From assembly GCF_004010195.1 (NCBI RefSeq), contig NW_025215007.1:1-33549 (forward strand): a stretch of DNA of 33,549 nt, given 5' to 3'. Both the position numbers and the translations under genes were made by a program. Shown in pieces: positions 32,911-33,549 of the stretch. This DNA comes from Chiloscyllium plagiosum (Eukaryota). The number at the start of each line of letters is the position of its first letter. Positions within the stretch are counted from its first letter, which is position 1. The notes beneath the pieces are model-generated. The model searched no databases. It was not told the DNA's origin and worked only from the letters and a program-made list of their open reading frames with translations.

Positions 32911-33549
32911 TTCGGTTGGGGGTGTCTTCAAAACTATATATTAAAAGGTCTATTGTATTAGGTTTGTGCACATAATGTGTAGTTAAATTGCTGATTTAAC
33001 GACATTCTATAAATGAAACGTTTACGTTTTATGCAGAACACTTAATATACAATAAGGTTCGCTTTCTTATGGGACAAAACTTAATCTCTTTATTTCCAAG
33101 AACGGGTCAGACAGTCACACATAATCAATATCATATTGTTCATTACAAATTTTCTGAGTAACTTTGTTTCGCCACCTACTGTCTTTGTGGTTTGAATTCA
33201 TGTAATGCTGGACATCGTAGTGAGTCAACGGAAACTTAACAAACAGCGAAATTCACAACTCAGCTTGGAAGAGCCTGTTTGGGAGAAGTCCCAGCATAGA
33301 AACAGATAAGTGAATAGTTTTAAGTGTAACCTTGCTGTAAATCTAAAAGAGTGAGTACAGTGGGTTCTTGAGTATGTGTTTTATTGAGATCTGACTCTTG
33401 ATTAAAACTTAAAACTTTAAGCCATAAGTATGAAGTTAGCGTGGAGCAGTGTTTTGTAGGGCAATAAGACGGTGCTATTGTCTGGGTCTCTAGATGTGGG
33501 AGTTTCAAGAGATTATATGTGTTACTGAGCAATAAATCGGCAATAAATA

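Overview
Repeat-dense vertebrate genomic DNA, almost certainly from a cartilaginous fish (shark); this is inferred from HE1-type and SacSINE1-type SINEs, shark-type CR1 LINEs and a GPR139-like receptor. No intact host gene is visible. From left to right the window holds: (i) a 73-bp satellite built from a CR1 LINE 3' tail, interrupted by a CR1 and a Penelope-derived mini-element; (ii) a heavily deleted class I (gamma/epsilon-like) endogenous retrovirus on the minus strand (gag CA-NC, RNase H, integrase, env SU/furin site); (iii) many CR1 fragments; (iv) a Penelope-like (GIY-YIG) element followed by a full-length divergent U2 snRNA copy; (v) a decayed Vingi/Ingi-group LINE and two Tx1/L1-clade fragments; (vi) an HE1-type SINE whose middle is replaced by a copy of its own empty insertion site; (vii) a two-exon GPR139/142-like GPCR that is frameshifted and followed by an ~800-bp tandem duplicate with an open TM4-TM7 frame. 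The most system-like signal is a set of tiny non-coding Penelope-derived elements carrying minimal hammerhead-ribozyme cores, three of them with ~15-bp target-site duplications and ends or inversion points at the ribozyme core. Family assignments come from motif recognition and manual translation, not database searches. Boundaries of old elements are approximate.
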